Of a stretch of DNA of 64,000 nucleotides, positions 1 to 10,536 are shown piece after piece (positions within the stretch are counted from its first letter, which is position 1; each line of letters starts with the position of its first letter). The notes under the pieces are model-generated. The model had not been told where the DNA came from. It was given only the letters and a program-made list of their open reading frames with translations, and searched no databases. The stretch is taken from contig JBIOKR010000004.1 in the NCBI GenBank assembly GCA_044451945.1, forward strand, positions 23,454-87,453. The letters are read 5' to 3'. The translations under genes and the position numbers were made by a program. Source of the DNA: Candidatus Lutacidiplasmatales archaeon. GTDB taxonomy: Archaea; Thermoplasmatota; Thermoplasmata; Lutacidiplasmatales; UBA184.

Positions 1-297
1 GGGGGGCTCGCCCGGTACGAGGGGGACCAGTACTACGGGCGGGAGAATCCGTGGATCATCTGCACGCTCTGGCTCGCCGAAGCTCGCCTGAACCTCGGGG
101 AGCCTCTACGCTGCCAGGAGCTCATCGAGTGGGTCGCTTCGCATGCGAGCCCGACGTACCTCTTGCCCGAGCAGGTCGACGCCGAAACGGGGGAGCCAAA
201 GAGCGCCGTGCCCCTCGTCTGGTCGCACTCGACGTACGTCGACGTGGTGCACAAGCTCCAGAGGGCTCTCCAGACCCCAACGCAGGTCGAGGAGTGA
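1..297 (+). CDS. Glycoside hydrolase family 15 (glucoamylase/trehalase-like), C-terminal fragment; the gene starts before the window
   Basis: Frame 1 reads GGLARYEGDQYYGRENPWIICTLWLAE...LLPEQVDAETGEPKSAVPLVWSHSTYV...EE*. LPEQV and PLxWSH are the GH15 C-terminal motifs. Not listed in the ORF track because it has no start codon. Confidence 0.85.
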   Translation, partial: GGLARYEGDQYYGRENPWIICTLWLAEARLNLGEPLRCQELIEWVASHASPTYLLPEQVDAETGEPKSAVPLVWSHSTYVDVVHKLQRALQTPTQVEE

Positions 298-534
298 GTC
301 GCCTTCCTCCCCGCCGTGCCCGTCTCGCTTCCAGCCTCTGATCGCCGCGAAGTCCAAAGCTGCCGCACGGGCGAGCCGCGGCCTCGGCTCCCCTTTGGAG
401 TCCGGCCGCGCCTGTTGCCCTCGGCGGGCCCTCCCCAACGCCACTGTGGGGGCTTTATCGGGCGACGGGCCCTGCGGGATGACGGTGACTTGGGGCCCCC
501 GGAAGGGGACTGCGTGGGCCGCTGGAAGACGAGG

Positions 535-1398
535 ATGTTGCAGAAGCATCGGGGACGGGAGCCGACGGCCCGACGGGATCTTGGAGGGCGCGCGACGAGC
601 GTCCTGGCGACGATGGCTCCGGCGGTGCTCGTCGTCTGCCTTCTGTTCGTTCCCTCCGCGGCGGGCGCGAAAGCGGGCGTCATCACCAAGACCGCCCCCT
701 TCCCGGGAACCCACACCAACGTCGACGACCAGCGGGAGTACGCCGGCTGCGGGATCGCCCACAACTGGGTGAAGAGCGCCTTCCACTGGAAGACCGGGAT
801 GGGCGTGTTCTCCGAACAGGCGTCCACGAAGAGCTGCAATACCACCGCCTTTGGCTACAACGACGGCTCCGCGTACGGCGAGATGTTCAGCCGGATCCCC
901 GTGCCCGTCGCGACCAGCGGCACCTACACGGTGACCGCGAACCTCTCCTTCCGGGTCAACATGAGCGCCAGCATGGTCCTGGGACACTGCCAGCGCTCGG
1001 CCCGCAGCGGCACCTCGAGCTGCGTCGAGCTCGCCCAGGCGTACGTCTTCGCGAATGCATGGTTCGAGGATGTGAGCACGGGAAACCTGACATCGGCGCC
1101 GTCGAGCTTTGGAATCAATCTGACCTACGAGGTCTACACAGACTGCTCGAGTACCTGCAGCTACACGACCTACGGGGCGAACGGCACCAGCACGGGCACG
1201 ACCCAAGTGAGCTTCGGGTTCGGGGGCAACGCGCTCGTCTCCACCGATACCTACGCCGTCGTGCTGATGGTCTGGGGCGACGCGTGGGCCGGTCGGGTCG
1301 CGTTCTCCGGAGGGATCTCGGGGGGCTCCGAGCAGGCGTTCGTCAACATGGGAAGCGCGGGCAACGCGTTCGACGTGAAATCGATCTCCCTCACCTAG
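535..1398 (+). CDS. Secreted beta-rich protein, APYKG-family member 1 (unknown function)
   Basis: Basic n-region plus hydrophobic helix ending AAGA, then KTAPFPG, GCG...C, a C-x10-C loop and C-terminal VNMGSAGNAFDVKSISLT. A TATA-like TTTAT at 454-458 supports ATG 535; ATG 613 is an alternative. Confidence 0.75.
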   Translation: MLQKHRGREPTARRDLGGRATSVLATMAPAVLVVCLLFVPSAAGAKAGVITKTAPFPGTHTNVDDQREYAGCGIAHNWVKSAFHWKTGMGVFSEQASTKSCNTTAFGYNDGSAYGEMFSRIPVPVATSGTYTVTANLSFRVNMSASMVLGHCQRSARSGTSSCVELAQAYVFANAWFEDVSTGNLTSAPSSFGINLTYEVYTDCSSTCSYTTYGANGTSTGTTQVSFGFGGNALVSTDTYAVVLMVWGDAWAGRVAFSGGISGGSEQAFVNMGSAGNAFDVKSISLT

Positions 1399-1677
1399 GC
1401 CCGGCAGGTCGACCCGTCCGACGGTCCGGGGGACAACGGACAAGAGGGGCCCGGCAGGGAGCCTCCTTCGGGCGGAGCACGGGCCGTGGCCCTCCTCCAG
1501 ACGGGGGGGGTAGGTTCCTGGGGCCACCCATCCCATCGGGACCCGGGGTCGGCCCCGCAGGCTCGACCGGCGCTGGCGCCGGCGGGATCGACGCCATACC
1601 TCGGGAGATCACGCGAGCGGGACGCCGAGCGCCTTCGCCAGGAAGAAAAGCAGCAGCGCGGTGGGGATCGAGAGGAG

Positions 1678-2319
1678 CTACGGCAACGCGACGGCCAAGG
1701 GCCAACGGAACCAAGTGCTGCGGTGGCCGTCGTGTCGCATCGACAGCCAGGGGAGGAGGAAGATCGAGCTGTAGACGATCGTCTCGACCGGGACGAGGAT
1801 GAGCGCCTCGAGCGGCGCGCGCAGGAACAGACCCGCCCCAGCCTGCTCGAAGAGCACGCCGACCAACCCGCCCGCGAGCAGGGCCTCCTTCTCGGAGAAG
1901 GTGAACTGTCGGGCGAGATACTGTCGCCATGCGAGAAGCCAGACCGTCCACCCGGCGCACACCCAGATCAGGTCGACCCACAGAATGGGCTGGGCGAGCC
2001 GGGCCCCCGTCGCCCACGCGAACGACTCCTCCGTGCAGGTGACCGCGACGCACAGCACGACGAAGCCCGGCCACCGGTCGAACCGTAGCCGGGGCACTAG
2101 GGCAGCGAATCTCCTGCGCCCGAGATAGAAGAGACCCCCGAATCCGCCGCACCAGCCGACGCTGAAGGCGACGACTCCCCAGGACCCGGCGAGCGCGAAG
2201 ATCGCGACGCTCAGGGCGAAGCCGACGAGCAACAGCTGCCAAGCCCAGTCGAGCGTGCGGGAGCTGCCGCGTCCCGGGGGCCCAGTGGGTGCGACTCCGG
2301 GGATCGGGGGAGTCGCCAT
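1678..2319 (-). CDS. Multi-pass membrane protein, unknown function (a hydrophobic frame continues past the TAG to a TGA at 1609)
   Basis: About six hydrophobic segments, typical GC3-rich codons, ATG at 2319 (MATPPIPG). Confidence 0.7.
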   Translation of the reverse strand: MATPPIPGVAPTGPPGRGSSRTLDWAWQLLLVGFALSVAIFALAGSWGVVAFSVGWCGGFGGLFYLGRRRFAALVPRLRFDRWPGFVVLCVAVTCTEESFAWATGARLAQPILWVDLIWVCAGWTVWLLAWRQYLARQFTFSEKEALLAGGLVGVLFEQAGAGLFLRAPLEALILVPVETIVYSSIFLLPWLSMRHDGHRSTWFRWPLAVALP

Positions 2320-2375
2320 GGATGGCCGGACGCAGCGAGCTCCTCGGACGGCCCGACCGGGGTTCCGCTCGTTGA

Positions 2376-3206
2376 TCAGCCACCGCTCTCGGTGGCCCAC
2401 TGGAAGAACCGTTGCTGGATGTCGGAGAACGCCGTGGCGTGCGTGACCTGGGGGAGATGTCCGGCGCCGTCGAAGGTGAAGCGCGACACCGAGCGGCCCT
2501 CGGAGGCGATGCGGTCGGCGATCGCGGTGTAGAGGCGAAGGCTCGCGCTCCCGGCGGTGAGCATCAGGGGTTTCCTGAGGTCGGGCAGGAGCTCGAGGTC
2601 GACGCTCTGCGAGGTCGGGTCGAGAAGCTCTCCGACGCCCAACGCAACGTTCTCGCTGAGCGCCTGACGGAACTCCGGTGTGAGTCGCTCCCACCCGCCA
2701 TCGCCGACGGCGAGCCCCTCCACGAACCGTCGCGCCGCGCCCGGAAGGTCCTTCGTCGCCAGGAGGGCGCGGGCCGACTCGAGCTTCTCCCGGAAGTCGG
2801 CGACGCCCGCCGCCTGCAGAGGGTCATCGGTGACGAGGGCGATGAGGGGGGCTTCGTGAAGGCTGACGCTGCGGACGAGATCCGGCCGGTTCATGGCGAA
2901 CTGCAGGGCGACGATGCCGCCGTACGAGTTCCCAACCAGGTGCACCGGCCCTCGCCCAACGAGGGAGATCAACGTCTCGAGGTCGGTGACGTGGTCGGAG
3001 AGGGCGATCGATTTGAGCGGGGCGGAGCTCTGGCCGTGGCCCCTTCGGTCATAGAAGACCAGGCGGTACTTGTCGACCATCGCCATGGCCACGGGAAGCC
3101 ACTGCCGAAGGTCCCCGAAGGAGCCGTGGACCAGCACGACCGGTTCCCCGGGTCCCGTGGTCCCCTCGAAGTGCATCTCGAAGGTGCCGCAATCCAGCTT
3201 CGGCAT
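2376..3206 (-). CDS. Alpha/beta hydrolase
   Basis: VLVHGSFG oxyanion motif, YDRRGHG, GNSYGG nucleophile elbow, GAGHLPQ catalytic His. Confidence 0.9.
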   Translation of the reverse strand: MPKLDCGTFEMHFEGTTGPGEPVVLVHGSFGDLRQWLPVAMAMVDKYRLVFYDRRGHGQSSAPLKSIALSDHVTDLETLISLVGRGPVHLVGNSYGGIVALQFAMNRPDLVRSVSLHEAPLIALVTDDPLQAAGVADFREKLESARALLATKDLPGAARRFVEGLAVGDGGWERLTPEFRQALSENVALGVGELLDPTSQSVDLELLPDLRKPLMLTAGSASLRLYTAIADRIASEGRSVSRFTFDGAGHLPQVTHATAFSDIQQRFFQWATESGG

Positions 3207-3374
3207 GCCTTGTCTGGTCTCGGGCAGCGGAGAAGCGTTCGCCTGCATAAGGAGGAGCGGGGAGACCGCGGTCGGTCGAGGCGGGGGATCCGCCTTGATT
3301 GCGCGGGGGCAGGTCGGGGCCGCCGGTAGGGGAGCGCCTTTTATCGTGTCAGCCCCGATGGCCGTCCGATTCCG

Positions 3375-4412
3375 GTGGCCCACGACAGAGCGCTCCGAGT
3401 TCGAAGGCCCGGCGCCCCGGACCTCTCCTCCGCCGACACCCCGGCGCAGTGGGTCGGGGTCGACCTCGGAGGGACCAAGGTCGCCACCGGGCTCGTCGAC
3501 CCGAGGGGAACTCTCACCGGTGAAGCGCGCCGGCTCGTCCACGCCGCCAAAGGGCCTCCCACCGTCCTACGCCACGTGGTCGCCGCCGCGAGGGAGAGCG
3601 TTCGGAGTGCGCGGTCTCCCCCGATGGGGGTGGGCGTCGGGGTCGCCGGGCAGGTGCATCGGGCGACGGGCACGGTGATGTACGCGCCGAATCTCAAGTG
3701 GAAAGACTTCCCCTTGGGGGCGAAGCTCTCCGAGGCGCTGGGGCTGCCGGTCGCCGTCTCCAACGACGTCGTCGCCGTGGCGTGGGGGGAGTGGCTGCAC
3801 GGCGCGGGCGTCGGTTCGAACGATATCGTCTGCGTCTTCGTCGGCACCGGCATCGGCGGTGGGGTGGTGAGCGGCGGGCGAATGCTCGAAGGAGCGTCCA
3901 GCGCCGCAGGGGAGGTCGGCCACACGGCCCTGGTCGCCGGGGGCCGACGCTGTCACTGCCCGAACTCCGGATGTCTCGAGGCGTACGCGGGAGGGTGGGC
4001 GATCTCCGAGCGGGCGCGCGAGGCGGCTCTCGACGACCCTCGTCGTGGGGCGCCGTTGGTTCGGGCCGCCGGCTCCGTGTCGGCGATCAGCCCGGCGACC
4101 GTCATCGCGCTGCACCGCAACGGCGACCCGATGGCCACGACGATCTATCGCGACACCGCACGCTATCTATCCGATGGCATGGTGGGTATCGTGAACGCAT
4201 TCAACCCCGACCGGCTCATCCTCGGCGGCGGGGTCCTTGACGGCTGGCCCGAGCTCCTGCCCGAGGTGCGGCGCGCCGTGAGGTCGCGGTGCCAGCCGCC
4301 GGCCGCCCGCGCGGTCCACGTGCTCCCCGCCGCGCTCGGCAAGGAGGCCGGGGTCGTAGGCTCCGCCGCGATGGCGCGGGCCACCCTCTCCACGTTGGGG
4401 GGTCGGCGATGA
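3375..4412 (+). CDS. glk: ROK-family sugar kinase (glucokinase)
   Basis: [44 protein letters not shown] zinc motif. TTTTATCG lies ~30 nt upstream of the GTG. Confidence 0.9.
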   Translation: MAHDRALRVRRPGAPDLSSADTPAQWVGVDLGGTKVATGLVDPRGTLTGEARRLVHAAKGPPTVLRHVVAAARESVRSARSPPMGVGVGVAGQVHRATGTVMYAPNLKWKDFPLGAKLSEALGLPVAVSNDVVAVAWGEWLHGAGVGSNDIVCVFVGTGIGGGVVSGGRMLEGASSAAGEVGHTALVAGGRRCHCPNSGCLEAYAGGWAISERAREAALDDPRRGAPLVRAAGSVSAISPATVIALHRNGDPMATTIYRDTARYLSDGMVGIVNAFNPDRLILGGGVLDGWPELLPEVRRAVRSRCQPPAARAVHVLPAALGKEAGVVGSAAMARATLSTLGGRR

Positions 4413-6433
4413 GCGCGGTGGACGACCTGTCGGTCGGAACGCTCCGGTTCCTGAGCGTCGATATGGTCGAGGCGGCGAGATCCGGGCACCCGGGTCTTCC
4501 GCTCGGGGCGGCCCCGATGGCCTACGTCCTGTGGGACCGGCACCTTCGCCACAATCCGGCCAACCCAAAGTGGCCGAACCGGGACCGGTTCCTGCTGTCG
4601 GCCGGCCACGGTTCCGCGCTCCTCTACTCGCTGCTCCACACGACCGGCTACGACCTTGCGCTCGATGAACTGCGACATTTCCGACAGTGGGGAAGCCGGA
4701 CGCCGGGCCATCCGGAAGCGGGCCACACCCCCGGGGTCGAGGCGACCACCGGCCCGCTGGGCCAAGGGTTCGCGATGGGGGTCGGCATGGCGATCGCGGA
4801 ACGATTCCTCGCCAACACGTTCAACCGGGAGGGCCACGATCTGATCGACCATCGGACGTTCGCGCTGGTCTCCGACGGCGACCTCATGGAGGGGATCGCC
4901 TCCGAGGCGGCCTCGCTCGCCGGCCGCATCGGGCTCGGCAAGCTGACCTACCTCTACGACGACAACCATGTCTCCCTCGAGGGCGGTACGGAGCTCGCCT
5001 TCACCGAGGACGTGGGCAAGCGGTTCGCCTCCTACGGCTGGCGCGTTCAGCATGTCGCCGACGGGAACGACCTCGAAGCGATCGATGCGGCGCTAAGCAC
5101 CGCGATCGTCTCCAACGGGCAGCCGAACCTGATCATCGTCCGCACCCACATCGGCTACGGGAGCCCCCGACAGGATACGAAGGACGCCCACGGCGAACCG
5201 CTCGGCCCGGACGGGGTCCGCGCGACGAAGGAGAAGCTCGGATGGCCTCTCTCCCCGACGTTCCTCGTACCGGAGGCCGCGGGCCAGCATCTCGGTGAGT
5301 CGCTCGGACGCGGTGCAAAATGGGAGGCGGATTGGAACGCACGGCGCGACGAGTACGCCCGAAAGTTCCCCGACTTCGGCCAGAAGCTTACGGAGGCGCT
5401 CTCGGGCACGCTGCCGACCGGTTGGGCCGAGGGTCTTCCGGCGTATGACCCGAAATCGGGCGACGTCGCCACGCGCGACGCCGGGACGGCGATGATCAAC
5501 GAGATATCGCGGCGGATCCCGACCTTTCTCGGCGGATCGGCGGACCTGAACCCGTCGACCCGGACCTACCTGACGGGAGGCGGGGAGATGGGCCTCGATG
5601 GCGGCTCCGGCAAGAACGTTCACTTCGGGGTCCGAGAGCACGCGATGATGGCGATCGTCAACGGGATGGCGATGCACGGCGGCGTCCTTGCGTTCGGGGC
5701 GACGTTCTTCGTCTTCTCCGACTACGCCCGGCCGGCGATCCGTCTCGGCGCGCTGATGCGATCGAAGAGCCTCTACGTCTTCACCCACGACTCCGTGGCC
5801 CTCGGGGAGGACGGCCCCACCCATCAGCCGGTGGAGCAGCTCTGGAGCCTGCGGGCGATTCCCGGACTCACGGTCCTGCGCCCGGCCGACGCCAACGAGA
5901 CGGTTGCCGCCTGGCGGCTCGCGCTCGAACGGCCGGGCCCCGCCGCCATCGTGCTCACGCGCCAGAAGCTCCCGGTGCTTGACCCGGCCGCCTACCCGGT
6001 CGCCGAGGGGGTATCGCAGGGAGGCTACACGCTCTCGGAAGCGGGGGAGGGGCCGGTCGCGCTCATCTTCATCGCGACCGGTTCCGAGGTCTCCCTGGCG
6101 CTCGCCGCCCAACGCACGCTCGCCGAGCGTGGGGTCAGGACCCGCGTCGTCTCCATGCCGTCGGTCGAGGTGTTCAGTGAGCAGGGCGCCCAGTACAGGG
6201 AGCGCGTTCTTCCGCCCGGGGTCCCGAAGCTGGCCGTCGAAGCCGGCTCACCGGTCGGCTGGTGGCGCTTTGTCGGGGAGTCCGGTGGGGTGATCGGTAT
6301 CGAGCGGTTCGGGGCGTCCGCCCCCGGTCCGGTCGTCCTCGACCGGTTGGGCTTCAACGTCCCGCATGTCGTGGAGACCGCCCTCGCCCTCCTCCCGCCG
6401 GAACAGCGGGGCACCTCCTCCACGGCGCGGTAG
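4409..6433 (+). CDS. tkt: Transketolase (single-chain bacterial type)
   Basis: [22 protein letters not shown] ThDP motif, [28 protein letters not shown] overlap with glk. Confidence 0.97.
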   Translation: MSAVDDLSVGTLRFLSVDMVEAARSGHPGLPLGAAPMAYVLWDRHLRHNPANPKWPNRDRFLLSAGHGSALLYSLLHTTGYDLALDELRHFRQWGSRTPGHPEAGHTPGVEATTGPLGQGFAMGVGMAIAERFLANTFNREGHDLIDHRTFALVSDGDLMEGIASEAASLAGRIGLGKLTYLYDDNHVSLEGGTELAFTEDVGKRFASYGWRVQHVADGNDLEAIDAALSTAIVSNGQPNLIIVRTHIGYGSPRQDTKDAHGEPLGPDGVRATKEKLGWPLSPTFLVPEAAGQHLGESLGRGAKWEADWNARRDEYARKFPDFGQKLTEALSGTLPTGWAEGLPAYDPKSGDVATRDAGTAMINEISRRIPTFLGGSADLNPSTRTYLTGGGEMGLDGGSGKNVHFGVREHAMMAIVNGMAMHGGVLAFGATFFVFSDYARPAIRLGALMRSKSLYVFTHDSVALGEDGPTHQPVEQLWSLRAIPGLTVLRPADANETVAAWRLALERPGPAAIVLTRQKLPVLDPAAYPVAEGVSQGGYTLSEAGEGPVALIFIATGSEVSLALAAQRTLAERGVRTRVVSMPSVEVFSEQGAQYRERVLPPGVPKLAVEAGSPVGWWRFVGESGGVIGIERFGASAPGPVVLDRLGFNVPHVVETALALLPPEQRGTSSTAR

Positions 6434-6437
6434 CCCG

Positions 6438-8108
6438 ATGAGCGCTCGAATACCGGACCAGGGCCTCGCCGCACGCATCGAGGACCGGCTCGCGATTTGG
6501 CAGGCGAGCTCCTTCGCGCCGCGACTGTGGGCGAAGGACCCGACGCTCTGGTCGGCGACGCCGATGCCCGAGGTAACCGACCGGCTCGGATGGCTCGACC
6601 TCCCGATGTCGATGGCCTCCGAGGTCGGGAGCCTGTCGGGGTTCGCCGCCGAGCTACGGGATTCGGGCGTCCAGGACGTCGTGGTCCTCGGCATGGGCGG
6701 CTCGAGCCTCGCGCCGACGGTCTTTGCCCGCGTGTTCGGCTCCTCCGAACGATTCCCCCGGCTCACGGTCCTCGACACCACGCATCCCGACGCGATCGGC
6801 GAGGTGCGCCGGCGGCTCGACCTGGCCCATGCGGCGTTCGTCGTTTCGAGCAAGTCCGGAACAACGACCGAGACGCTGTCGCTGTTCGCGTACTTCTGGA
6901 AGGAGATCGAGTCGGAGGGTGCCGCGGCACCGGGAGCCCAGTTCGTGGCGATCACCGATCCGGGCACGCCGCTCGCCGAGCTCGCCCGAAAGCGCGGCTT
7001 CCGAAAGCTGTTTGAGGCGAACCCGAACGTCGGGGGCCGCTACTCGGCCCTGACCCACTTCGGGCTCGTGCCGGCCGCGATGATCGGCGTCGACGTCGAC
7101 CGCCTGCTCGGATGCGCCCGCGCCATGGCGGCCCGGTGTGGGGCCGGGGTGAAGGCGGCGGAGAACCCCGGCCTCGAACTCGGGGCGCTCCTCGGGGAGG
7201 CCGGCGTGTCGGGTCGCGACAAGGTGACGTTCCTGACCTCACCGCCGCTCTCCGGCTTCCCTGTCTGGATCGAGCAGCTGATCGCCGAGAGCACCGGGAA
7301 GGACGGCAAGGGGCTCGTCCCGGTCGCCGGCGAGCCCCTCCGGCCCCCGCCGACCTTCGGGGTGGACCGCGTCACGATCGGATACTCCGGCCCAGAGGGC
7401 AAGAAGGTGCCCCCGACTCCCCGGGGCCCCACCGATGCGGCGCCCCCCGGCTGGTCCGAGGAGCTCTCCGACGTCTACGAGCTAGGCGGGGAGTTCTTTC
7501 GTTGGGAGGTCGCCGTCGCCAGCGCCGGGGCGATCTTGGGGATCCACCCGTTCAACCAACCGGACGTACAGCTCGCCAAGGACCTGGCCCGTCGGGAGAT
7601 CGCGAGCCCGGCAGCCTCTCCGAGCGCCGGCGCTTCGGCCCCCGCGACGATGACTCCCGGAGACCTTGCGACGGCGCTCGGAGCGTTCTTCTCCGGAACG
7701 CGCCCGGGGGAGTACCTGGGGATCCATGCGTACCTCGCCCCGGACGCTGCGACGGACTCCGCCCTCTCCCAGTTGCGCATCGACCTTTCCGAGCGGACCC
7801 GGTTGCCGGTGACCCTCGGGTACGGGCCGCGCTTCCTCCACTCCACCGGCCAGCTCCACAAGGGCGGACCGCCGACCGGCCGGTTCCTCCAATTCGTCGA
7901 CACTCCCCGTCAGGACCTCCCGATCCCCGGGGAGGCGTTCACGTTCGGCCAGCTCATCGCCGCACAGTCCCGCGGCGACAAGGAGGCGCTTTCCCAGCGG
8001 GGCCGCACGGTACTCACGCTTCCCCTCGGAGGCGAACCCCTCCGAGCGATCGGCGGCGTCGGGGCGGCGGTCCGGGGAGCCGCCCGGCAACCCGGGGGCC
8101 GGCGCTAA
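6438..8108 (+). CDS. pgi: Glucose-6-phosphate isomerase (resembles the PGI module of Tal-Pgi fusions)
   Basis: GMGGSSL, SKSGTTTE, VGGRYSAL, EQLIAESTGK, HPFNQPDV, HSTGQLHKGGP. Confidence 0.88.
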   Translation: MSARIPDQGLAARIEDRLAIWQASSFAPRLWAKDPTLWSATPMPEVTDRLGWLDLPMSMASEVGSLSGFAAELRDSGVQDVVVLGMGGSSLAPTVFARVFGSSERFPRLTVLDTTHPDAIGEVRRRLDLAHAAFVVSSKSGTTTETLSLFAYFWKEIESEGAAAPGAQFVAITDPGTPLAELARKRGFRKLFEANPNVGGRYSALTHFGLVPAAMIGVDVDRLLGCARAMAARCGAGVKAAENPGLELGALLGEAGVSGRDKVTFLTSPPLSGFPVWIEQLIAESTGKDGKGLVPVAGEPLRPPPTFGVDRVTIGYSGPEGKKVPPTPRGPTDAAPPGWSEELSDVYELGGEFFRWEVAVASAGAILGIHPFNQPDVQLAKDLARREIASPAASPSAGASAPATMTPGDLATALGAFFSGTRPGEYLGIHAYLAPDAATDSALSQLRIDLSERTRLPVTLGYGPRFLHSTGQLHKGGPPTGRFLQFVDTPRQDLPIPGEAFTFGQLIAAQSRGDKEALSQRGRTVLTLPLGGEPLRAIGGVGAAVRGAARQPGGRR

Positions 8109-8155
8109 GCCTCGCCACGGCTCGGGGCGTCGGGCGGAGCGGGAGAGAGGGAGCG

Positions 8156-9070
8156 ATGGAGCTCGGGATCATTGGCCTAGGGAAGATGGGCGGCAACATG
8201 GCCGAACGGCTTGCGAAGGGCGGGCACCGCGTCGTCGGTTACGCCCGGCACCCCGACGCGGTCCAAGCCGTCGTGGCCCGGGGCTGCGAAGGTGCCTCCT
8301 CGCTCGAGGAGCTCGTCCGGAAGCTCCGAGCCCCGCGGGTCCTCTGGCTCATGATCCCGCAGGGGCCACCGGTCGACGACACGCTCCATGAGCTCCTCCC
8401 GCTGCTCGCCCGCGGGGATACGGTGGTCGACGGGGGGAACTCGTTCTACAAGGACAGCGTCCGGAGGGCGGGAGAGCTCGCACCGTCCGGGATCGGCTAC
8501 GTCGACTGCGGAACGAGCGGAGGCATCTGGGGCCTCTCCGGGGGCTACAGCCTGATGATCGGCGGGGACCCCGCGGTCGTCGAGCGCCTTCGTCCGCTGT
8601 TCGAGACGCTCGCTCCGGCCCCCGACAAGGGATGGGGCCGAGTCGGCCCGGTCGGTTCCGGCCATTTCACCAAGATGGTCCACAACGGCATCGAGTACGG
8701 CCTCATGCAGGCGTATGCCGAGGGGTTCGACGTGCTCCACCACAAGGCAGAGTTCGCCCTCGACCTCGCCCAGATCTCCGAGATCTGGCGCTACGGAAGC
8801 GTCGTGCGCTCCTGGCTGCTCGACCTGACCGCCTCCGCGCTCTCGGAGGACGCCACGCTCGCCGGCGTCCGACCGTACGTCGTGGACTCGGGGGAGGGAC
8901 GGTGGACCCTTCTCGAGGCGATCGACCTCGGCGTGCCGACGCCCGTTCTTGCGGACTCGCTCATCGAGCGCCTGCGTTCCCGGGAGACCGAGGATTCGTT
9001 CGCGGACAAGCTTCTCGCCGTGATGCGGGCGAAGTTCGGCGGCCACGCGATCCTCAAGGAAGGGGGATGA
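8156..9070 (+). CDS. gnd: 6-phosphogluconate dehydrogenase, decarboxylating (short YqeC-like type)
   Basis: GIIGLGKMG Rossmann motif, DGGNS, DCGTSGG, KMVHNGIEYG, DSGEGRW, FGGH. Confidence 0.95.
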   Translation: MELGIIGLGKMGGNMAERLAKGGHRVVGYARHPDAVQAVVARGCEGASSLEELVRKLRAPRVLWLMIPQGPPVDDTLHELLPLLARGDTVVDGGNSFYKDSVRRAGELAPSGIGYVDCGTSGGIWGLSGGYSLMIGGDPAVVERLRPLFETLAPAPDKGWGRVGPVGSGHFTKMVHNGIEYGLMQAYAEGFDVLHHKAEFALDLAQISEIWRYGSVVRSWLLDLTASALSEDATLAGVRPYVVDSGEGRWTLLEAIDLGVPTPVLADSLIERLRSRETEDSFADKLLAVMRAKFGGHAILKEGG

Positions 9071-10536
9071 GCGCGCCGCCCCCGGGACCCGCCCCCGCAC
9101 TCTTCGTCGTCTTCGGCGGTACCGGGGACCTCGCGCGACGCAAGCTCTTGCCGAGCCTCTTCCAACTGGCGGGCCGCGACCCTCCCACGCCGGCGTTCAG
9201 CGTGCTCGGCGTGGCGCGCAGCACGCAGTTCGACGAAGGCTCCTACCGGACGTTGGCCTCCGAGGCGCTGCGGGCCAACCAAAAGTTCGACCCCGCGCAG
9301 GTCAGCCGCTTCTGCTCCGAGCGGGTCTTCTACCAGTCGCTCGGCGCGAGCGGGCCTACCGAGTATCGCGCGCTCGCCGCGCGGATCGCCGACCTGGAAG
9401 AGCGCCAGGGACTACCGGGGAACCGTGTCCTCTACCTGGCGCTTCCGCTCTCCGCCTTCTCTGCGACGGTCGACGGGATCGCCTCGGCCGGCCTCGAGCG
9501 GGCCCCGGGATGGGTGAGGCTCGTCATGGAAAAACCGTTCGGCCACGACCTGGATAGCGCTCGAGCGCTCAACGCGAGCGTCCACCGCCTCTTCCCCGAG
9601 CCGTCGGTCTACCGGATCGACCATTACCTCGGCAAGGAGACGGTGCAGAACCTATTGGTCCTGCGCTTTGCGAACACGATGTTCGAGTCGCTCTGGAACC
9701 GCGACCGCGTCGACCACGTCGAGCTGACGGTCGCCGAGGCGCTCGGGGTGGAGTCCCGCGCCGACTACTACGAGGAGGCAGGGGCGCTCCGGGACATGGT
9801 GCAGAACCACCTGACGCAGCTGCTGACGCTCATGGCGATGGAGGTTCCCGCCGCCTACGAGGCGGAGGCGATCCGCAACGAGAAGGTGAAGGTGCTGCGG
9901 TCGATCGCCCCGGTCGCCAAGACGGACGCAGTCTTCGGGCAGTACGGCCCGGGGCAGCTCGACGGCTCGACGATGGCCGGGTATCGCGAGGAGGCCGGGG
10001 TCGCCGAGGATTCGACGACGGAGACGTTCGTCGCGCTGCGGCTGCGCATCGAGAACTGGCGATGGCATGGCGTCCCGTTCTACCTGAGGACCGGAAAGAG
10101 GCTCGCGAAGCGTACGACGCAGCTCCAGGTCCACTTCAAGGCCCCGCCGGTGAGCTTCTTCCACCCGACCGGAGAGGACGGAGCCATCCCGTCGAACCAG
10201 CTGAGGATCACGCTGCAGCCGGACGAGGGGTTCGACCTCCTCTTCGAGGTCAAGTCCCCGGACTCGGAGGTCAAGACGAGGACGGAGAAGATGCACTTCC
10301 GTTACGCCGAGGAGTTCGAGGGGCTGCCGGATGACTACGAGACCCTTCTTCTCGATGTGCTCAAGGGCGACGCCACGCTGTTCGTCCGCTCGGACGAGGT
10401 CGAGGCGTCCTGGCGACTGTACGACGGCTTGTTGAAGAACCGACCGACTCTCTGCTCTTATCCCGCCGGCAGCTGGGGACCGCGCGAGGCGGACGACCTG
10501 ATCGGCGGACCGGAGGACCGATGGGCCGAAGGCTGA
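9067..10536 (+). CDS. zwf: Glucose-6-phosphate 1-dehydrogenase (bacterial/eukaryotic Zwf type)
   Basis: FGGTGDLARRK, EKPFG, YRIDHYLGKE, RDMVQNH, W.GVPFYLRTGK. ATGA overlap with gnd. Confidence 0.97.
   Translation: MSAPPPGPAPALFVVFGGTGDLARRKLLPSLFQLAGRDPPTPAFSVLGVARSTQFDEGSYRTLASEALRANQKFDPAQVSRFCSERVFYQSLGASGPTEYRALAARIADLEERQGLPGNRVLYLALPLSAFSATVDGIASAGLERAPGWVRLVMEKPFGHDLDSARALNASVHRLFPEPSVYRIDHYLGKETVQNLLVLRFANTMFESLWNRDRVDHVELTVAEALGVESRADYYEEAGALRDMVQNHLTQLLTLMAMEVPAAYEAEAIRNEKVKVLRSIAPVAKTDAVFGQYGPGQLDGSTMAGYREEAGVAEDSTTETFVALRLRIENWRWHGVPFYLRTGKRLAKRTTQLQVHFKAPPVSFFHPTGEDGAIPSNQLRITLQPDEGFDLLFEVKSPDSEVKTRTEKMHFRYAEEFEGLPDDYETLLLDVLKGDATLFVRSDEVEASWRLYDGLLKNRPTLCSYPAGSWGPREADDLIGGPEDRWAEG

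Noticed and set aside
1678-1680. Genome-wide amber recoding
   Set aside because: tkt, pgl, tldE and others end at TAG exactly where the protein should end, and no pyl genes are in the window. Only a site-specific event remains possible.
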